From a virus: 64,000 bases of DNA. Made by a program: the position numbers and the translations under genes. The notes under the pieces are model-generated. The model was given only the letters and a program-made list of their open reading frames with translations, did not search any database and was not told where the DNA came from. Below, piece by piece: positions 52,595 through 64,000 of this stretch (its first letter is position 1; each line of letters starts with the position of its first letter). The stretch covers positions 95,492 to 159,491 of IMG/VR virus record IMGVR_UViG_3300023174_006137. One strand, given 5' to 3'.

Positions 52595-54451
52595 TTATAC
52601 CTTTTCTAAAAATTTTTCCAATTCTTCTATATCAAATAATATTACACCTAATTGTTCTGCCTTAACTAATTTAGACGAACCAGAGTTTTTATCCTTACAG
52701 ACAAGATATGTTAAGTTTTTGGAAACGCCAGAAGCTACTTTGCCGCCATTTTCTTCTATAATAGTTTCCAAATCTTGTCGTCTTACTCCCGTAAAACAAA
52801 AAGATTTACCTTTCAAAGAATCTGAGGATTTAACGATTTCTTTATTATTTATGGTTAAAGGTAAATCTTTTATGAAAATTTTAAATTTATCAAAGGCTTC
52901 CAAATATGAATTAGCAGATATATTTGAAAATCCTTGAATTTTTAAAATATCTTCTATATTTGGCTTATCCTCATAACCAAATTGTTCTAAGAGCGCAAGC
53001 TTTTTGGATCCCAAACCTTTATACAAATTACTTGCGTGTTGAAGTTTAGAAAGTTGAACTCCTTTAATTTTAGATTGTATTGCATTATAAACAATTTCTG
53101 CTTTACGCTTACCGAAACCTTCAAGTTTTTCCATATCAGAAGGTTTTAAATCAAGAATTGCTTTAACAGATTGATAACCTGCTTCCCATAATTGTGCAAA
53201 AACACCTTCACCAGCATTTTCAACTTCTAATATCTCAAAGAAAGATACTAATTGTTTGAACCTTTGCTCGTCAGTTTCTTCTAAAGTTATTAATTCAACC
53301 TCATTTTCATTCCAACCAATGTTTTGTATATCTGGCATCTGAAACTCAACTGATTCAATAACTTCTTTAACTAATGGAATAACCATACCACTGCGAACAA
53401 CTCTAATTTTAGCACCTATACCAAGACCCATATCTTTAACAAAGCGAGCATTATTACCTGTTACATTTGATACAGTCACGCCATCTAAACGAACTGGATC
53501 AATATGTAAAATAGGTTTTAAATAACCTTGTTTAGATATATTCCAAGTTATACCAAGAATAGTTGTAATTGCTGATTGTTCAAATTCTGGTGATTTAAAT
53601 GCTCTTGCCCAACATGGGTTTCCTGATCTTTCACGACCCAATTGTTCTTGTAATTTTAAACTATCAACTTCAAGAATTATACCATCTAATTCATATTCAA
53701 TAGACCATTCTTTAAATGTTTTAACAAGAAAATCTTCTGTTAAATCACCAATCGTTGTCTCAATCCACGGAACTTGTATTTCTTGGCATTGATTTAAAGC
53801 ATTTAAAATTTCATGTTTTAAAACAAACTTATCTTTATATTCTGGTTTTAATACAGCGCCATATTTAATATAACTTGTATCTTTAAGTGGCTCGGTTGCT
53901 TGTTTATTATTTATCAAACCAGCAACAAGATTTCTTGGATTGGCAAAATTAACAGCATATTTTTTCTGAAAACTATCTTTTGACATCATAACTTCACCAT
54001 AAGTAAATTGAAAAAATGGTGAAAATACCATGTCGTTTTTCAAATGATTGCTAATTAATTTATAATGTTCATCAGAAGATTGTCCAACCTTACCATCTCC
54101 TCTTGTTGTTGCTCTCGCTTTTGTTTCATCAACACATAAAGATAAACCATCAAATTTAGGCGTTAAAATAACATTAGTCGTTAAAGGAATACCTTTTAAT
54201 CTTGCCCAATCATGTAATTCTTCAATTGATTTTACTTTATTCATTGAAGCCATAATAATTGGAAGTTTTCTTTCTCTTTCTTTATCAGAAATTTCAATAC
54301 CAATAGTATCAAGAAATGGATTATTAGGGTCCAATTCCTCTAATTGTTCTATCAACAAATCATATTCTGTATCAGAAATAAGAGATTCGCCTGAACGATA
54401 AGCTGCATTATAAGTTTTAAGTTGCTCAACAAGTGTTTCAACGATTGTCAT
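52595..54451 (-). CDS. ligA: NAD-dependent DNA ligase
   Basis: Y..G..LISD.EYD, KFDG adenylation motif, TRGDG..G, NPRN..AG, DGI, C-terminal BRCT. Confidence 0.93.
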   Translation of the reverse strand: MTIVETLVEQLKTYNAAYRSGESLISDTEYDLLIEQLEELDPNNPFLDTIGIEISDKERERKLPIIMASMNKVKSIEELHDWARLKGIPLTTNVILTPKFDGLSLCVDETKARATTRGDGKVGQSSDEHYKLISNHLKNDMVFSPFFQFTYGEVMMSKDSFQKKYAVNFANPRNLVAGLINNKQATEPLKDTSYIKYGAVLKPEYKDKFVLKHEILNALNQCQEIQVPWIETTIGDLTEDFLVKTFKEWSIEYELDGIILEVDSLKLQEQLGRERSGNPCWARAFKSPEFEQSAITTILGITWNISKQGYLKPILHIDPVRLDGVTVSNVTGNNARFVKDMGLGIGAKIRVVRSGMVIPLVKEVIESVEFQMPDIQNIGWNENEVELITLEETDEQRFKQLVSFFEILEVENAGEGVFAQLWEAGYQSVKAILDLKPSDMEKLEGFGKRKAEIVYNAIQSKIKGVQLSKLQHASNLYKGLGSKKLALLEQFGYEDKPNIEDILKIQGFSNISANSYLEAFDKFKIFIKDLPLTINNKEIVKSSDSLKGKSFCFTGVRRQDLETIIEENGGKVASGVSKNLTYLVCKDKNSGSSKLVKAEQLGVILFDIEELEKFLEKV

Positions 54452-54550
54452 TATAAAAATTTTTACAAAATTAAGAAAAAAAATTAACTTAACAAAATTA
54501 TTTTTAGAAAACTTAAAGATTTAATATATAATAAAACAAAATCTTTTAAG

Positions 54551-57500
54551 ATGCCAAATACTTATAATTCATACCATACAGTTGCCGAGCAAATCATAAA
54601 TTATAATGATAATGTTGTTCAAATTTTACAACAAATTAATTCTTTAATGACAACCGCTCAATCTACATTGAGTTTGTCTATAACCGATTCTGCTGGTAAT
54701 CTGACTTCTGTTAATGTTCCGTCTTTTAATTCATTACAATCACAAATTAAAACTTTATCAAACAACATTAATACTATATATGGGTTGAATAACAATGGTG
54801 CTACAATTCAAACTGGTCCAAATAGTTTTCAAAGAATTATTACAGTTGATTTAAATTTAGAACCAGATGATATAACACAAATGACACTTCCAAAAACTTT
54901 TGTATCTCAAAGAAATTATATCTTTGATACATTAATGGACCCTGAATTATTTTTAAAAATTGATTTAACAGGTAAAATTGATACAGATACAAGAGAAATT
55001 TTATACAGAAGATATGTTGTTAATTTTGAAACCGATTCAACTGGAGCTTATACTAATCTTGGCAATTCGGCATTAAATTCATTTAATTCAGTTTTTACTG
55101 GACAATCAAACATTGTATTAAAAGATTTTTTAACTTGGCAAGCAACAACACCTGGTGTTTTACAACCAGGAGATGCAGAGTTTTCACAAGATACGGTAGC
55201 TTTAAATCCAAATCAATTACAATATGATGGACTTTTCACTGTTCTATATTCTGAAATAGATGCAAATAATATTTTATGGTATTATGTAAATAGTATCAAT
55301 TATACCGAAATTTTAACAGGCAATATATATCAATTGGCTATTGGCGATTCTTTAATTATAAATACTAAAAATTCATCTACAATTTATCAGATTATAAATA
55401 TTTCAAATTCATCTTCAAATCCAAAATTACAATTACAAGCTGTTACAGGTAATCAACCTATTCCAGTTGGTATAACTAATGGTTTGAAATATTATTCTAC
55501 TATTTTAATTAACCAAACAGTAAATATACCTATAGGATTTAATGAATATTGTGTCATTTTTACTAAAGCTTTAAATACTACTAATAATATTACCAGCAAA
55601 AACTGGAGTTATGGACTTGGTTTATGGACAAATAATTTAAATTTAGATTCATTTGATAGTTATAATGGAGTATCTATGACTCAATATTATAATAGAGTAG
55701 TAAGTGATTATGGAGCTGCTTTAAAGGAATTAGTTCATAAAACTGTTCCAGTTGAACAAGGTATAACACCCAATGCTCCAACTTTAAATACTAATAATTT
55801 CCAAGTTGTTCAAACTAATTTACATTTAACCAATACGAAAAGTATTAATAGTTTGAAACAACAAGCTGCGCAAGTAGCACAATTAGATGCTGAATTAAAT
55901 TCAATATCAAATGCAATTGTAGCAAAAAATAAACAAATTCAAATATCAAGATATTTAAGTGATGCCGATAAACAAAAAGCAAAAAATGATTTAACCACAC
56001 TACAAACACAATATACATCTGTAAGTAATCAAAAAATAAGTATTAACAATCAAATTTTAGCAAGTTCTAATACTAATGATATCATACCACAATATGCGGT
56101 AAGAGGCTTTTGGACTATTCCAGTGCCAGCGGTTCCAACCTATTCTTATATTGGACAAGCAAATGTCGGAAAACCTCAACAAATAGTTAAATTTGATGTT
56201 CAATACAAAAGATTGAGTAAAGATGGAACCGAAACTCCTATTGTGTCTTATAGTTTATATGATATTTCTATTAGTTCCACAAAAAAGAATACTAATACGG
56301 CGGCATTTGCAAATTGGGAAAACTATACCACCATTGCTTTAGAGAGAGTTTATGATACAGCTACTAAAACTTTTAATTGGGTTTTACCAGATCAAAATGA
56401 TGTTAATCAGATAAACATAAACCAGTTAAATATACCTATACATCCAAATGAAACTATACAAATTAGAATGAGATCAATTTCTGAGGTAGGTTTCCCAGAT
56501 TCGCCTTTATATTCTGATTGGTCTAATAGTATTAATATAACATTCCCAGATAGTTTAATTAATTCAACAAATAATACCACAAATATTATTGAAGAGGCTA
56601 GAATGCAATCAGCAAAAGATGCAGTTTTAGATACATTAAATACACAAGGATTGAATGGACTTTTATCACAACAAACAACCGTTAATAACACAACCTACTT
56701 TTTAAGTAGCGAAAGTATATTATCTGGTTTTAAAGATACAAATGGACAAGCTATTGATTTATATGATTATTTACGAACTTTAACAGATACAATAGCTGCT
56801 TTACAAGCTTCTATTGATAAATCGCAAGGTAAATTACTTGTTAAAATATTTAAAAATAATACCAGTTATGTGGTTAATCGTAATGCAATTATTAATTTTA
56901 CAGTTAATTGTGAAGATTATTGCACTAAATATGTAGATTCTGGTGTGCCATCAGGTAGAGTATACGCTAATAATATCTATACGGTTAAAGATTATTTTAT
57001 CGAAATATCAAATTCACAAGCAAATAGTTCATTAAGTTTAACCTCAAATATAACATATACTTCTGGTTCAACAACTGCTATATTTAATAATTCCGCACCA
57101 CAAGTTTTTTGGGTAGATGATAAGGATGAACTAATAACATCAGATACTTCTGGAACATCCAAAACACAATTGGATAATCAATTTTTATGGAGTGTAAATT
57201 ATGATTCTATAAATCAAACTACCGTTACACCATTATCAAGTAATATAGGTAATGCATTTACATCTAATAATTCTATCACAAATGTTTTATCAAACAGTGA
57301 ATATAATTTAGGTTATTCAGAAAATTCTATATTATCATTTATTGGTAATAATAAATCATTAATGGATACAACTAAATGGGTTGATACAACACCATCGGTT
57401 TCGTCACAGAATAAATTATTATCCACTATTCATCCTTCTGTGATACAATTAACAGATTTGGTAGAAGCAAATACACAGCAAATACACTATTTAACTACTT

Positions 57501-57712
57501 TAAATCCAATAAATATACCAATAAATATTTATTTCAAATTAAATGCGTTAGATAATACACAAGTTGGTGCAAATTATCAATATGTAAACTTAAATGGTGT
57601 TACTCAAAATGTAAGACATGTTAAGGAATTAAAATTTTATTTAGCATTGCAAGGAGAAAGTTCACCATTCCAGTTTACTGTTAAATTCACATTAAATAGA
57701 ATTACATCATAA
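54551..57712 (+). CDS. Large virion structural protein (tail/baseplate region), 1053 aa
   Basis: N/T/S-rich, internal coiled coil, FN3-like SDWSN; late promoter motif upstream. Confidence 0.55.
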   Translation: MPNTYNSYHTVAEQIINYNDNVVQILQQINSLMTTAQSTLSLSITDSAGNLTSVNVPSFNSLQSQIKTLSNNINTIYGLNNNGATIQTGPNSFQRIITVDLNLEPDDITQMTLPKTFVSQRNYIFDTLMDPELFLKIDLTGKIDTDTREILYRRYVVNFETDSTGAYTNLGNSALNSFNSVFTGQSNIVLKDFLTWQATTPGVLQPGDAEFSQDTVALNPNQLQYDGLFTVLYSEIDANNILWYYVNSINYTEILTGNIYQLAIGDSLIINTKNSSTIYQIINISNSSSNPKLQLQAVTGNQPIPVGITNGLKYYSTILINQTVNIPIGFNEYCVIFTKALNTTNNITSKNWSYGLGLWTNNLNLDSFDSYNGVSMTQYYNRVVSDYGAALKELVHKTVPVEQGITPNAPTLNTNNFQVVQTNLHLTNTKSINSLKQQAAQVAQLDAELNSISNAIVAKNKQIQISRYLSDADKQKAKNDLTTLQTQYTSVSNQKISINNQILASSNTNDIIPQYAVRGFWTIPVPAVPTYSYIGQANVGKPQQIVKFDVQYKRLSKDGTETPIVSYSLYDISISSTKKNTNTAAFANWENYTTIALERVYDTATKTFNWVLPDQNDVNQININQLNIPIHPNETIQIRMRSISEVGFPDSPLYSDWSNSINITFPDSLINSTNNTTNIIEEARMQSAKDAVLDTLNTQGLNGLLSQQTTVNNTTYFLSSESILSGFKDTNGQAIDLYDYLRTLTDTIAALQASIDKSQGKLLVKIFKNNTSYVVNRNAIINFTVNCEDYCTKYVDSGVPSGRVYANNIYTVKDYFIEISNSQANSSLSLTSNITYTSGSTTAIFNNSAPQVFWVDDKDELITSDTSGTSKTQLDNQFLWSVNYDSINQTTVTPLSSNIGNAFTSNNSITNVLSNSEYNLGYSENSILSFIGNNKSLMDTTKWVDTTPSVSSQNKLLSTIHPSVIQLTDLVEANTQQIHYLTTLNPINIPINIYFKLNALDNTQVGANYQYVNLNGVTQNVRHVKELKFYLALQGESSPFQFTVKFTLNRITS

Positions 57713-57733
57713 TTTCAAAATTAAATAACTAAA

Positions 57734-60700
57734 ATGCGCTCATTTTCATTAATAAAAACTAATGTTGGTTTAACCTCAAATGTAAAAATAACTATTGATT
57801 CTAATGATAATTTATATTTAGATAGTATAAATAGCAATAGCATTCTTACAAATGATAGATATAAAAAATTTCCTTTTAATAAAGATTCCTATTATGATTC
57901 TTTATTGGAAAAATTTTATAATGGATTAAGCCAAGAAAATGTTTTTTTTATTAAAAATGATAATGATAATACAATTATGTATAATTCATTCGATAAACAA
58001 TTGGATGATATTTATATTTCAGGTGCCGAGAATATACAAGAAAATAAATTTTATAATGAAGATTTTGAATATTTTGCGCCTTTATATGTTTCAAAAACAG
58101 GACTTCCAAAATATTTTATTATTTTTAGAATAGACGGACAAGGTATAACCAATTTAAATAAAGATAATTTTAAAGAAGAATTTTTAACTAAAATGAAAGT
58201 AGTTGAAGTTAAAGATTTAACATTAAACTCACAATTAGGACAATGGTTAAACTTAAATATAACAACTAATACTATCTTTCCTAATAGTGGATTTGAAATG
58301 GATTTTAGAAATTTACAATTTTCATATTGGAATGGAATTGATTATATAAAAGGTATTTGGAAAAAACAACCTTACTATTTTGATGATGTTTTAGAATATG
58401 AAAATACCTTTCATGATCTTGAAAAATTTATTTATGATGGATTTAAAAATAATAATATTATTTATTCAAATATATTAAATCTAAATTTTTTATTTAATGA
58501 TACACCAGCTACTCCTACTTCTTTAAGAAATTGGAGCATAAATAGATATGCAGGATTTTATTTAGACGATATGATTTATTATAATTCCGTAACCACATAT
58601 CTTTCTTCTGTTGTTGTTCCCGATTGCCAAATACTTACAGGAAATATATTAACTTCTACTTTTAATAAACCATTTAATGATGCTACATTAAAACAATCAA
58701 AAATATTTATTGAAATTGAAGGACAAATATACCAAGTTATAAATAAATCAGTTACTATTGCTGGCTTTGAAACTAATCAATGGGTAATTTTAAGTGATAA
58801 AGATTTAACAGGAAAACAAGCACTTATTAATAAAAATATTATATCCATAGATTCAAATAATAAAATAACTTATTTAGATGGAAGTTCATTTATAATAGAT
58901 GATTGGAATACAGCAGATGTTTGGATTATAAAAATTGGTAATAAATACCACACTTTACAATATACTAATGGTGATTATTATATTTATACAGATTATGCAT
59001 TTACAATTAATTCAAGCACATTAAATTATTATATAAATTCTCCAGATGAATCATATAATACAACACTGGATATGTTAAGTGGAAATTCTTGGACTGCTAG
59101 TAATGTAATAATAAATAATCAAGATACAACACCAATACTTTTCCCAATTTATAAATTACAATTTAGTGATGTAAAAAGTTTTGATGAAGCTTTAATAGAA
59201 ACCAAATTTGCTCATCATCAATATGAATTAGAAAATGAAGTTACACAAACAGACGAACCAAAAATGCATATGACGGATTTGATGGTAGATTCAATACCAA
59301 AACCAAAAGTAGATTTTTTAGTTGAAAGTTTAGTAACAAATATACCAACAACGTCTCATTATACAGCTAATAATGAATTATTTAGAATTATACCAAATTA
59401 TCAAGATAATTCTTATGATTTGAATGGTCTTTGGTCAAAAAATGCAACACATGTTAAATGGGGTTTCAAAAATTCATTATCAACAAATGAATGGTCTTAT
59501 TATCTAAATAATGCTTTTATCGCCGAAACACATAATAAAACGGCTAATAATTTTGCAATGGATGTAAATAAAAAAGATAGAACTTTAGATTGGTTTTATA
59601 CAATCAATTCTTCAACCGCTAGTTGGTTATATCATAGCCTACACGTCGAGGATATACAAAATAATACAATAAACCAAAATTATTCTTTTGATATTTATAG
59701 TTATTTAAGCCAAAGTTATGATTATTTCCAATTATTTTTTGATAGAAAAGTTTATAGGAATAATTCAAGTATAGTTGAAAACATAAGCAAATTTTCTTCA
59801 TTTAATACAGGCGATAACACCATACCAAATATAACTCTTTTTAATGGATTAAAAATTAATGTATATGATGTATCAAGTATAAAATTATCTAACGGTTTAA
59901 TTAGTAATATTAATACAACTAATAACAATACTTATGATGACTATAAATTTTCTATATTAGTATCAAAAAATGATTGGACAATCGAAACAGATACAGTTAA
60001 TTTAAATCAAATATCAATTACATCATCTAATAATACATTACAATGGTCAATTATAGAAAATTGGAAATTGCAGAAAGAATATGATTTAGGTTCAATTGTA
60101 AATTATGAAGAAATATTTTATATTTCAGTAACTAATTCTTTTATTACAGATCCAAATTATAACCCCTCAAATAGTAGCAACTGGACTTATTCAAATGTAA
60201 ATACTTTATTCTTTTCGCCTACTGCAACTTATTCTACATTTTCTGGCTTAACATTAAGCAATATTGTTTATAATTATGGTGAATATTATTATAATAATGG
60301 TTCAAGTGTAACAGGCTCATTTTATATACCAAATACTACTTATGCAACTGGTAGTGTTGTTATATATCAAAATTCAGTATGGGAATCAACAATTTATCCA
60401 AATAATACTTCACCAAAATCACTAAAATATTGGCAAGATAGTTCTAATAATTATACATCATACTGGAGAAAAATTGATTTTACTTATAGTTATGGTTCGC
60501 AAACTACTAAATGGAGTATTGTTCCTTTATGGAACGCATCTTTAATCTATACAACAGGACAACTTGTAGTTTATAATGGTGTTTTATATTATGCAAATAG
60601 TGTGACTACAATTGGTGTAACACCTGAATCGAGCACAAGTTGGAATAAATTATATTCAATGATTCCGAATAGTTCTACTATTTATAATTCAAGTAAAGAA

Positions 60701-61666
60701 AAAAATAATCTTATTTATTATAATAATCGTTATTATTTGTGCACTTCTAATTCAAGTAATTCAAGTTTAGATAATGGCATTTATGTTTTTGTAAATAAAG
60801 TTTTTAAAAATATATTAGTTAATATCTATATTAATGATAATACTTTAACTAATTTATCTAATACAGATAGAGATTATTTGTATAGCGATTTATATACTAA
60901 TTTAACGGCTAATAATTTTATAGATGCTATTAATGATGTTCAAAATACTTATGGTTTTATAAATAATATAAAGTATATTGTGTATGACACAACAGGAACC
61001 ACAATATATGATTTTGCAAAAGTTAATTCCTACAAAAATATACCAGTTATATTAAAAATTGATAAACCAGATTTAATTAATAGTCGTTTAGATTCGTTAA
61101 TTAGAACCGCAGTTACATTAAAACCAAATCAAATTAAAGCAACTTTAACATTAGATAATGGTGTAATTCCTTCTTTAAGTAAGAAAGATTACTTTAATAA
61201 TATAAGTTTAGCAGCTACATTAGAAAGAAATCCAAATGATCCAGAAATAATTGCCAATGTTTCAGGTTTAACAAATAAGATTTATAATTCTATTTATAGA
61301 CATAGTGGCGTATATGATCCAATATTTACAACTATTGATTTGTTTCAAAAAGGTGTAACATTTTCAAGCAACACTATTTTTGACACAAGTTTAACTAATT
61401 TTGGTATTTTAAAAGAATCTATTTTATCTAAAGTAAATAGAAATGGTAGTCAATTAAAATTAAGAAATTCTCCAAGTTTAAAATCAATTTACCCTATGTT
61501 AGATGAATTTGGTTATACAACAAAAGATATGTTTATATTTAAATCTAATTGGGACATTGAATATTACACAGAATGTCAACAAGTTGTTACAACAATTAAA
61601 GCCAATATGGTAGACACACCAGTTTATTTAACACAAACAACTATACCACCAAAATATTTATCATAA
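57734..61666 (+). CDS. Large virion protein with CBM5/12-like repeats, 1310 aa
   Basis: Repeated W...Y..G..V.Y.G..Y units. Confidence 0.55.
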   Translation: MRSFSLIKTNVGLTSNVKITIDSNDNLYLDSINSNSILTNDRYKKFPFNKDSYYDSLLEKFYNGLSQENVFFIKNDNDNTIMYNSFDKQLDDIYISGAENIQENKFYNEDFEYFAPLYVSKTGLPKYFIIFRIDGQGITNLNKDNFKEEFLTKMKVVEVKDLTLNSQLGQWLNLNITTNTIFPNSGFEMDFRNLQFSYWNGIDYIKGIWKKQPYYFDDVLEYENTFHDLEKFIYDGFKNNNIIYSNILNLNFLFNDTPATPTSLRNWSINRYAGFYLDDMIYYNSVTTYLSSVVVPDCQILTGNILTSTFNKPFNDATLKQSKIFIEIEGQIYQVINKSVTIAGFETNQWVILSDKDLTGKQALINKNIISIDSNNKITYLDGSSFIIDDWNTADVWIIKIGNKYHTLQYTNGDYYIYTDYAFTINSSTLNYYINSPDESYNTTLDMLSGNSWTASNVIINNQDTTPILFPIYKLQFSDVKSFDEALIETKFAHHQYELENEVTQTDEPKMHMTDLMVDSIPKPKVDFLVESLVTNIPTTSHYTANNELFRIIPNYQDNSYDLNGLWSKNATHVKWGFKNSLSTNEWSYYLNNAFIAETHNKTANNFAMDVNKKDRTLDWFYTINSSTASWLYHSLHVEDIQNNTINQNYSFDIYSYLSQSYDYFQLFFDRKVYRNNSSIVENISKFSSFNTGDNTIPNITLFNGLKINVYDVSSIKLSNGLISNINTTNNNTYDDYKFSILVSKNDWTIETDTVNLNQISITSSNNTLQWSIIENWKLQKEYDLGSIVNYEEIFYISVTNSFITDPNYNPSNSSNWTYSNVNTLFFSPTATYSTFSGLTLSNIVYNYGEYYYNNGSSVTGSFYIPNTTYATGSVVIYQNSVWESTIYPNNTSPKSLKYWQDSSNNYTSYWRKIDFTYSYGSQTTKWSIVPLWNASLIYTTGQLVVYNGVLYYANSVTTIGVTPESSTSWNKLYSMIPNSSTIYNSSKEKNNLIYYNNRYYLCTSNSSNSSLDNGIYVFVNKVFKNILVNIYINDNTLTNLSNTDRDYLYSDLYTNLTANNFIDAINDVQNTYGFINNIKYIVYDTTGTTIYDFAKVNSYKNIPVILKIDKPDLINSRLDSLIRTAVTLKPNQIKATLTLDNGVIPSLSKKDYFNNISLAATLERNPNDPEIIANVSGLTNKIYNSIYRHSGVYDPIFTTIDLFQKGVTFSSNTIFDTSLTNFGILKESILSKVNRNGSQLKLRNSPSLKSIYPMLDEFGYTTKDMFIFKSNWDIEYYTECQQVVTTIKANMVDTPVYLTQTTIPPKYLS

Positions 61667-61667
61667 C

Positions 61668-62363
61668 ATGAGATTAACACATATATCACCTGAATTTATT
61701 TATAAAAAAGTTTATGGCACATATGCTATGAAAGAAAAAAAATCTTTTTTTTCATCAAAATTAATAAAATTTGATTCTAATATTTCAATACTTAATGAAA
61801 ATTTAGTTTATTATGAATCTGCAAACCATGAACAAACCAATTTAAATGCTGAAGTTTTATTAGGGCCCGTAATTTATGATACAACCAATGATAAATATAT
61901 TAATTCTTCTTTAGAATTAAATAAGTCACAAACTGATACACAATTAAATACCAATACTTCTTGGATGTTAACTATTAATTATGGAACAATTTTACAAAAT
62001 TATTTATTTGCTACTTTAAAAAAATGGAGAACATTTGAAGGCGTAGCTAATAATACAACATTAAATAATGATATAGATTATGCTATAAATGAATATATTA
62101 AAGATAATTTATTAGCATTATATGATTTAAGTAAAATTGAATTATTTATATCATATAATAATATACTTACTAATAATCCACCCTTATTAGTTAGAAATAA
62201 CACATTTGATGTAAATGTGGCTAATAATTCTAATCAATTAACAAAATTTAATTCAAATATAAATAAAGATACATTGGCTGATGTAATCACTTTTTCGCAA
62301 GAAAAAACAAGCAAAGAATATAATTTTAATTATTATTATAATTTATATTTTACAAAGATTTAA
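61668..62363 (+). CDS. Hypothetical structural-cluster protein
   Basis: 231 aa, translationally coupled. Confidence 0.55.
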   Translation: MRLTHISPEFIYKKVYGTYAMKEKKSFFSSKLIKFDSNISILNENLVYYESANHEQTNLNAEVLLGPVIYDTTNDKYINSSLELNKSQTDTQLNTNTSWMLTINYGTILQNYLFATLKKWRTFEGVANNTTLNNDIDYAINEYIKDNLLALYDLSKIELFISYNNILTNNPPLLVRNNTFDVNVANNSNQLTKFNSNINKDTLADVITFSQEKTSKEYNFNYYYNLYFTKI

Positions 62364-62393
62364 ACTTTTAATGTTATAAAACTATACTATCGT

Positions 62394-62771
62394 ATGTCAG
62401 AAGATAAGATTTATAGGAACCTTGTGAGATTATTAAAAATCTTTCAAAATCGTCCAAATCATTTAGCCAAATATTTAATTGATAATATGGCTTTTAACGA
62501 TTTATTTATTAAATTATTAATAGAATCAGAAAAATTATCTGATTTAGAAGATAATCCAATGCCTCATTTTAAAGATATAGATGAAATGAATGACTATTAT
62601 AATGTATTTGATAAATCTTATAAATCTAAAAAGAAAAATCCTGAAAAAATGTTTGAGGATTTAACCAAAAAACTTGAAGAATGTCTTAAATTAGAAAAAT
62701 ACGAAGATGCTATCCGTATTCGTGATTATATGATTAAGATGGGATTTAAGAATCAAAACGATTTAGAATAA
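62394..62771 (+). CDS. Protein with C-terminal UVR (UvrB/C) motif
   Basis: L...L..EKYEDAIRIRD. Confidence 0.6.
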   Translation: MSEDKIYRNLVRLLKIFQNRPNHLAKYLIDNMAFNDLFIKLLIESEKLSDLEDNPMPHFKDIDEMNDYYNVFDKSYKSKKKNPEKMFEDLTKKLEECLKLEKYEDAIRIRDYMIKMGFKNQNDLE

Positions 62772-62868
62772 AAAATATATAAACTTTTTTTTCTCATTTC
62801 AAAACTTTTGACTAATTTTAACTTATCATTAACAAATGCAATTTTGCAATCATTTAAACTAAATTAAA

Positions 62869-63984
62869 ATGGCTAACAAAACCATTATTTACACAAACAA
62901 AAGAAAAAAGTATTACGCAGGCGAAAACGCCAACATTGATTTCGATTTTGACACACAAATCAAATCAGACAGAGAATTAGAAATCCAAAAAACTTTATTA
63001 GATTCATTACATGGCACCACAACTCTTAATGTGCCGATTGGAGGAGAAGTTTACACTCTAACTTATGTAGGACAAAACAAAGAATCACTTATGTTTGACG
63101 GTGGATTCAAAGACTATGTTCGTGTTGAAAATAAGACAGCCGAACTTAAGTATTTCAAAACACTCAACATTGGTGACGAAGTAGATTTATTAGTTTCAAA
63201 AGTTAATAATTCTAATTATTTCATTGAAGGGACAATTGCGGGACTTTATGAATCAAAAGCACACGATACTATTAAATCTTTAAAAGAAGAAGAAAGTATT
63301 ATCGCTTTTATTAAAGAAATGACACCAGCAGGTTATAATGTAGAATTACAATATGACACAATTGTTTTGCCTGGATTTATGCCAAACACATTAGCAGGTA
63401 TAAATAAACTTTTTGATCCAGAAAGTATTGTTGGAAAATCTCTACCAGTTATGATTGAATCTTATTCAAGAGAAGAAGGAACATATATTGTTTCAAGAAG
63501 AAAGTATTTACAAACTTTAATACCAGATGCTATTAAAGAATTAAAATTAGGACATGTTTATACAGGTAATGTTACGGGAACAACTGAATTTGGTGTGTTC
63601 GTAGAATTTAACGAATGTCTTACTGGTATGATTCACAAAACAAATATTGACCCTGATTGGCAAGATAGAATTAAACAAATTCAACCTGGTTACGAAATTC
63701 AATTTTATGTAAAAGAAATCATTAAAGATTCTAAAATTATTTTAACACAAATTTTAAAAGAAACTTTATGGGACACTATTAAAATTGGACAAGTATTAAG
63801 TGCAAAAGTTAAAGAAAACAAAGCGTTTGGAACCTTAGTATGGTTGGACGAAGAAACTATCGGACTTATTCATACTTCGGAATTAGAAAAAGCAGGTAAA
63901 AACTTTAATGACGGACAACAAGCTAAAGTTAAAGTTATTGCGGTTGAAAGAACAAATCGTAAAATCTATTTAGCAGTCGCCTAA
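62869..63984 (+). CDS. rpsA: Ribosomal protein S1-like protein (about 4 S1 domains)
   Basis: GF.P, IVSRRKYL, G.V.G...FGVFV...L.G.IH repeats. Confidence 0.85.
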   Translation: MANKTIIYTNKRKKYYAGENANIDFDFDTQIKSDRELEIQKTLLDSLHGTTTLNVPIGGEVYTLTYVGQNKESLMFDGGFKDYVRVENKTAELKYFKTLNIGDEVDLLVSKVNNSNYFIEGTIAGLYESKAHDTIKSLKEEESIIAFIKEMTPAGYNVELQYDTIVLPGFMPNTLAGINKLFDPESIVGKSLPVMIESYSREEGTYIVSRRKYLQTLIPDAIKELKLGHVYTGNVTGTTEFGVFVEFNECLTGMIHKTNIDPDWQDRIKQIQPGYEIQFYVKEIIKDSKIILTQILKETLWDTIKIGQVLSAKVKENKAFGTLVWLDEETIGLIHTSELEKAGKNFNDGQQAKVKVIAVERTNRKIYLAVA

Positions 63985-64000
63985 AAACTTAATTCTTTTT

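Noticed and set aside
1-64000. Alternative genetic code (TAG/TGA reassignment as in Lak or some crAss-like phages)
   Set aside because: Conserved genes are full length in code 11, TAG and TGA both act as stops, and no CUA or UCA suppressor anticodon was found.

Overview
Very AT-rich segment of a large (jumbo/huge) T4-like bacteriophage genome in the standard genetic code. Bacteroidota-type sigma70 promoters (TTTG...TAnnTTTG) and the lack of obvious Shine-Dalgarno sites suggest a Bacteroidota host. The window is a translation-takeover region. It holds about 44 tRNA genes in six minus-strand operons plus four aberrant tRNA-like RNAs, and encodes GlnRS, TyrRS, a minimal editing-less LeuRS, RnpA, Thg1, SmpB and ribosomal protein S1. 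It also carries an ECF sigma factor, LigA, UmuC/D, Dam, ferritin, thioredoxin, several homing endonucleases and virion genes. Main finding: every tRNA operon is preceded by an unannotated 15-33 aa leader ORF and an intrinsic terminator, and the 3' part of each leader is complementary to the terminator's 5' arm. Each leader is built from the codons read by the tRNAs directly downstream, down to isoacceptor level. The seven leaders together cover all 20 amino acids, and tRNA-fMet lies outside the control. This looks like a genome-wide set of ribosome-stalling attenuators that sense depletion of specific tRNAs and switch on the matching phage tRNAs (and glnS). The architecture is seen in the sequence; the function is inferred. 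tRNA coordinates were read by eye and may be off by 1-2 nt.
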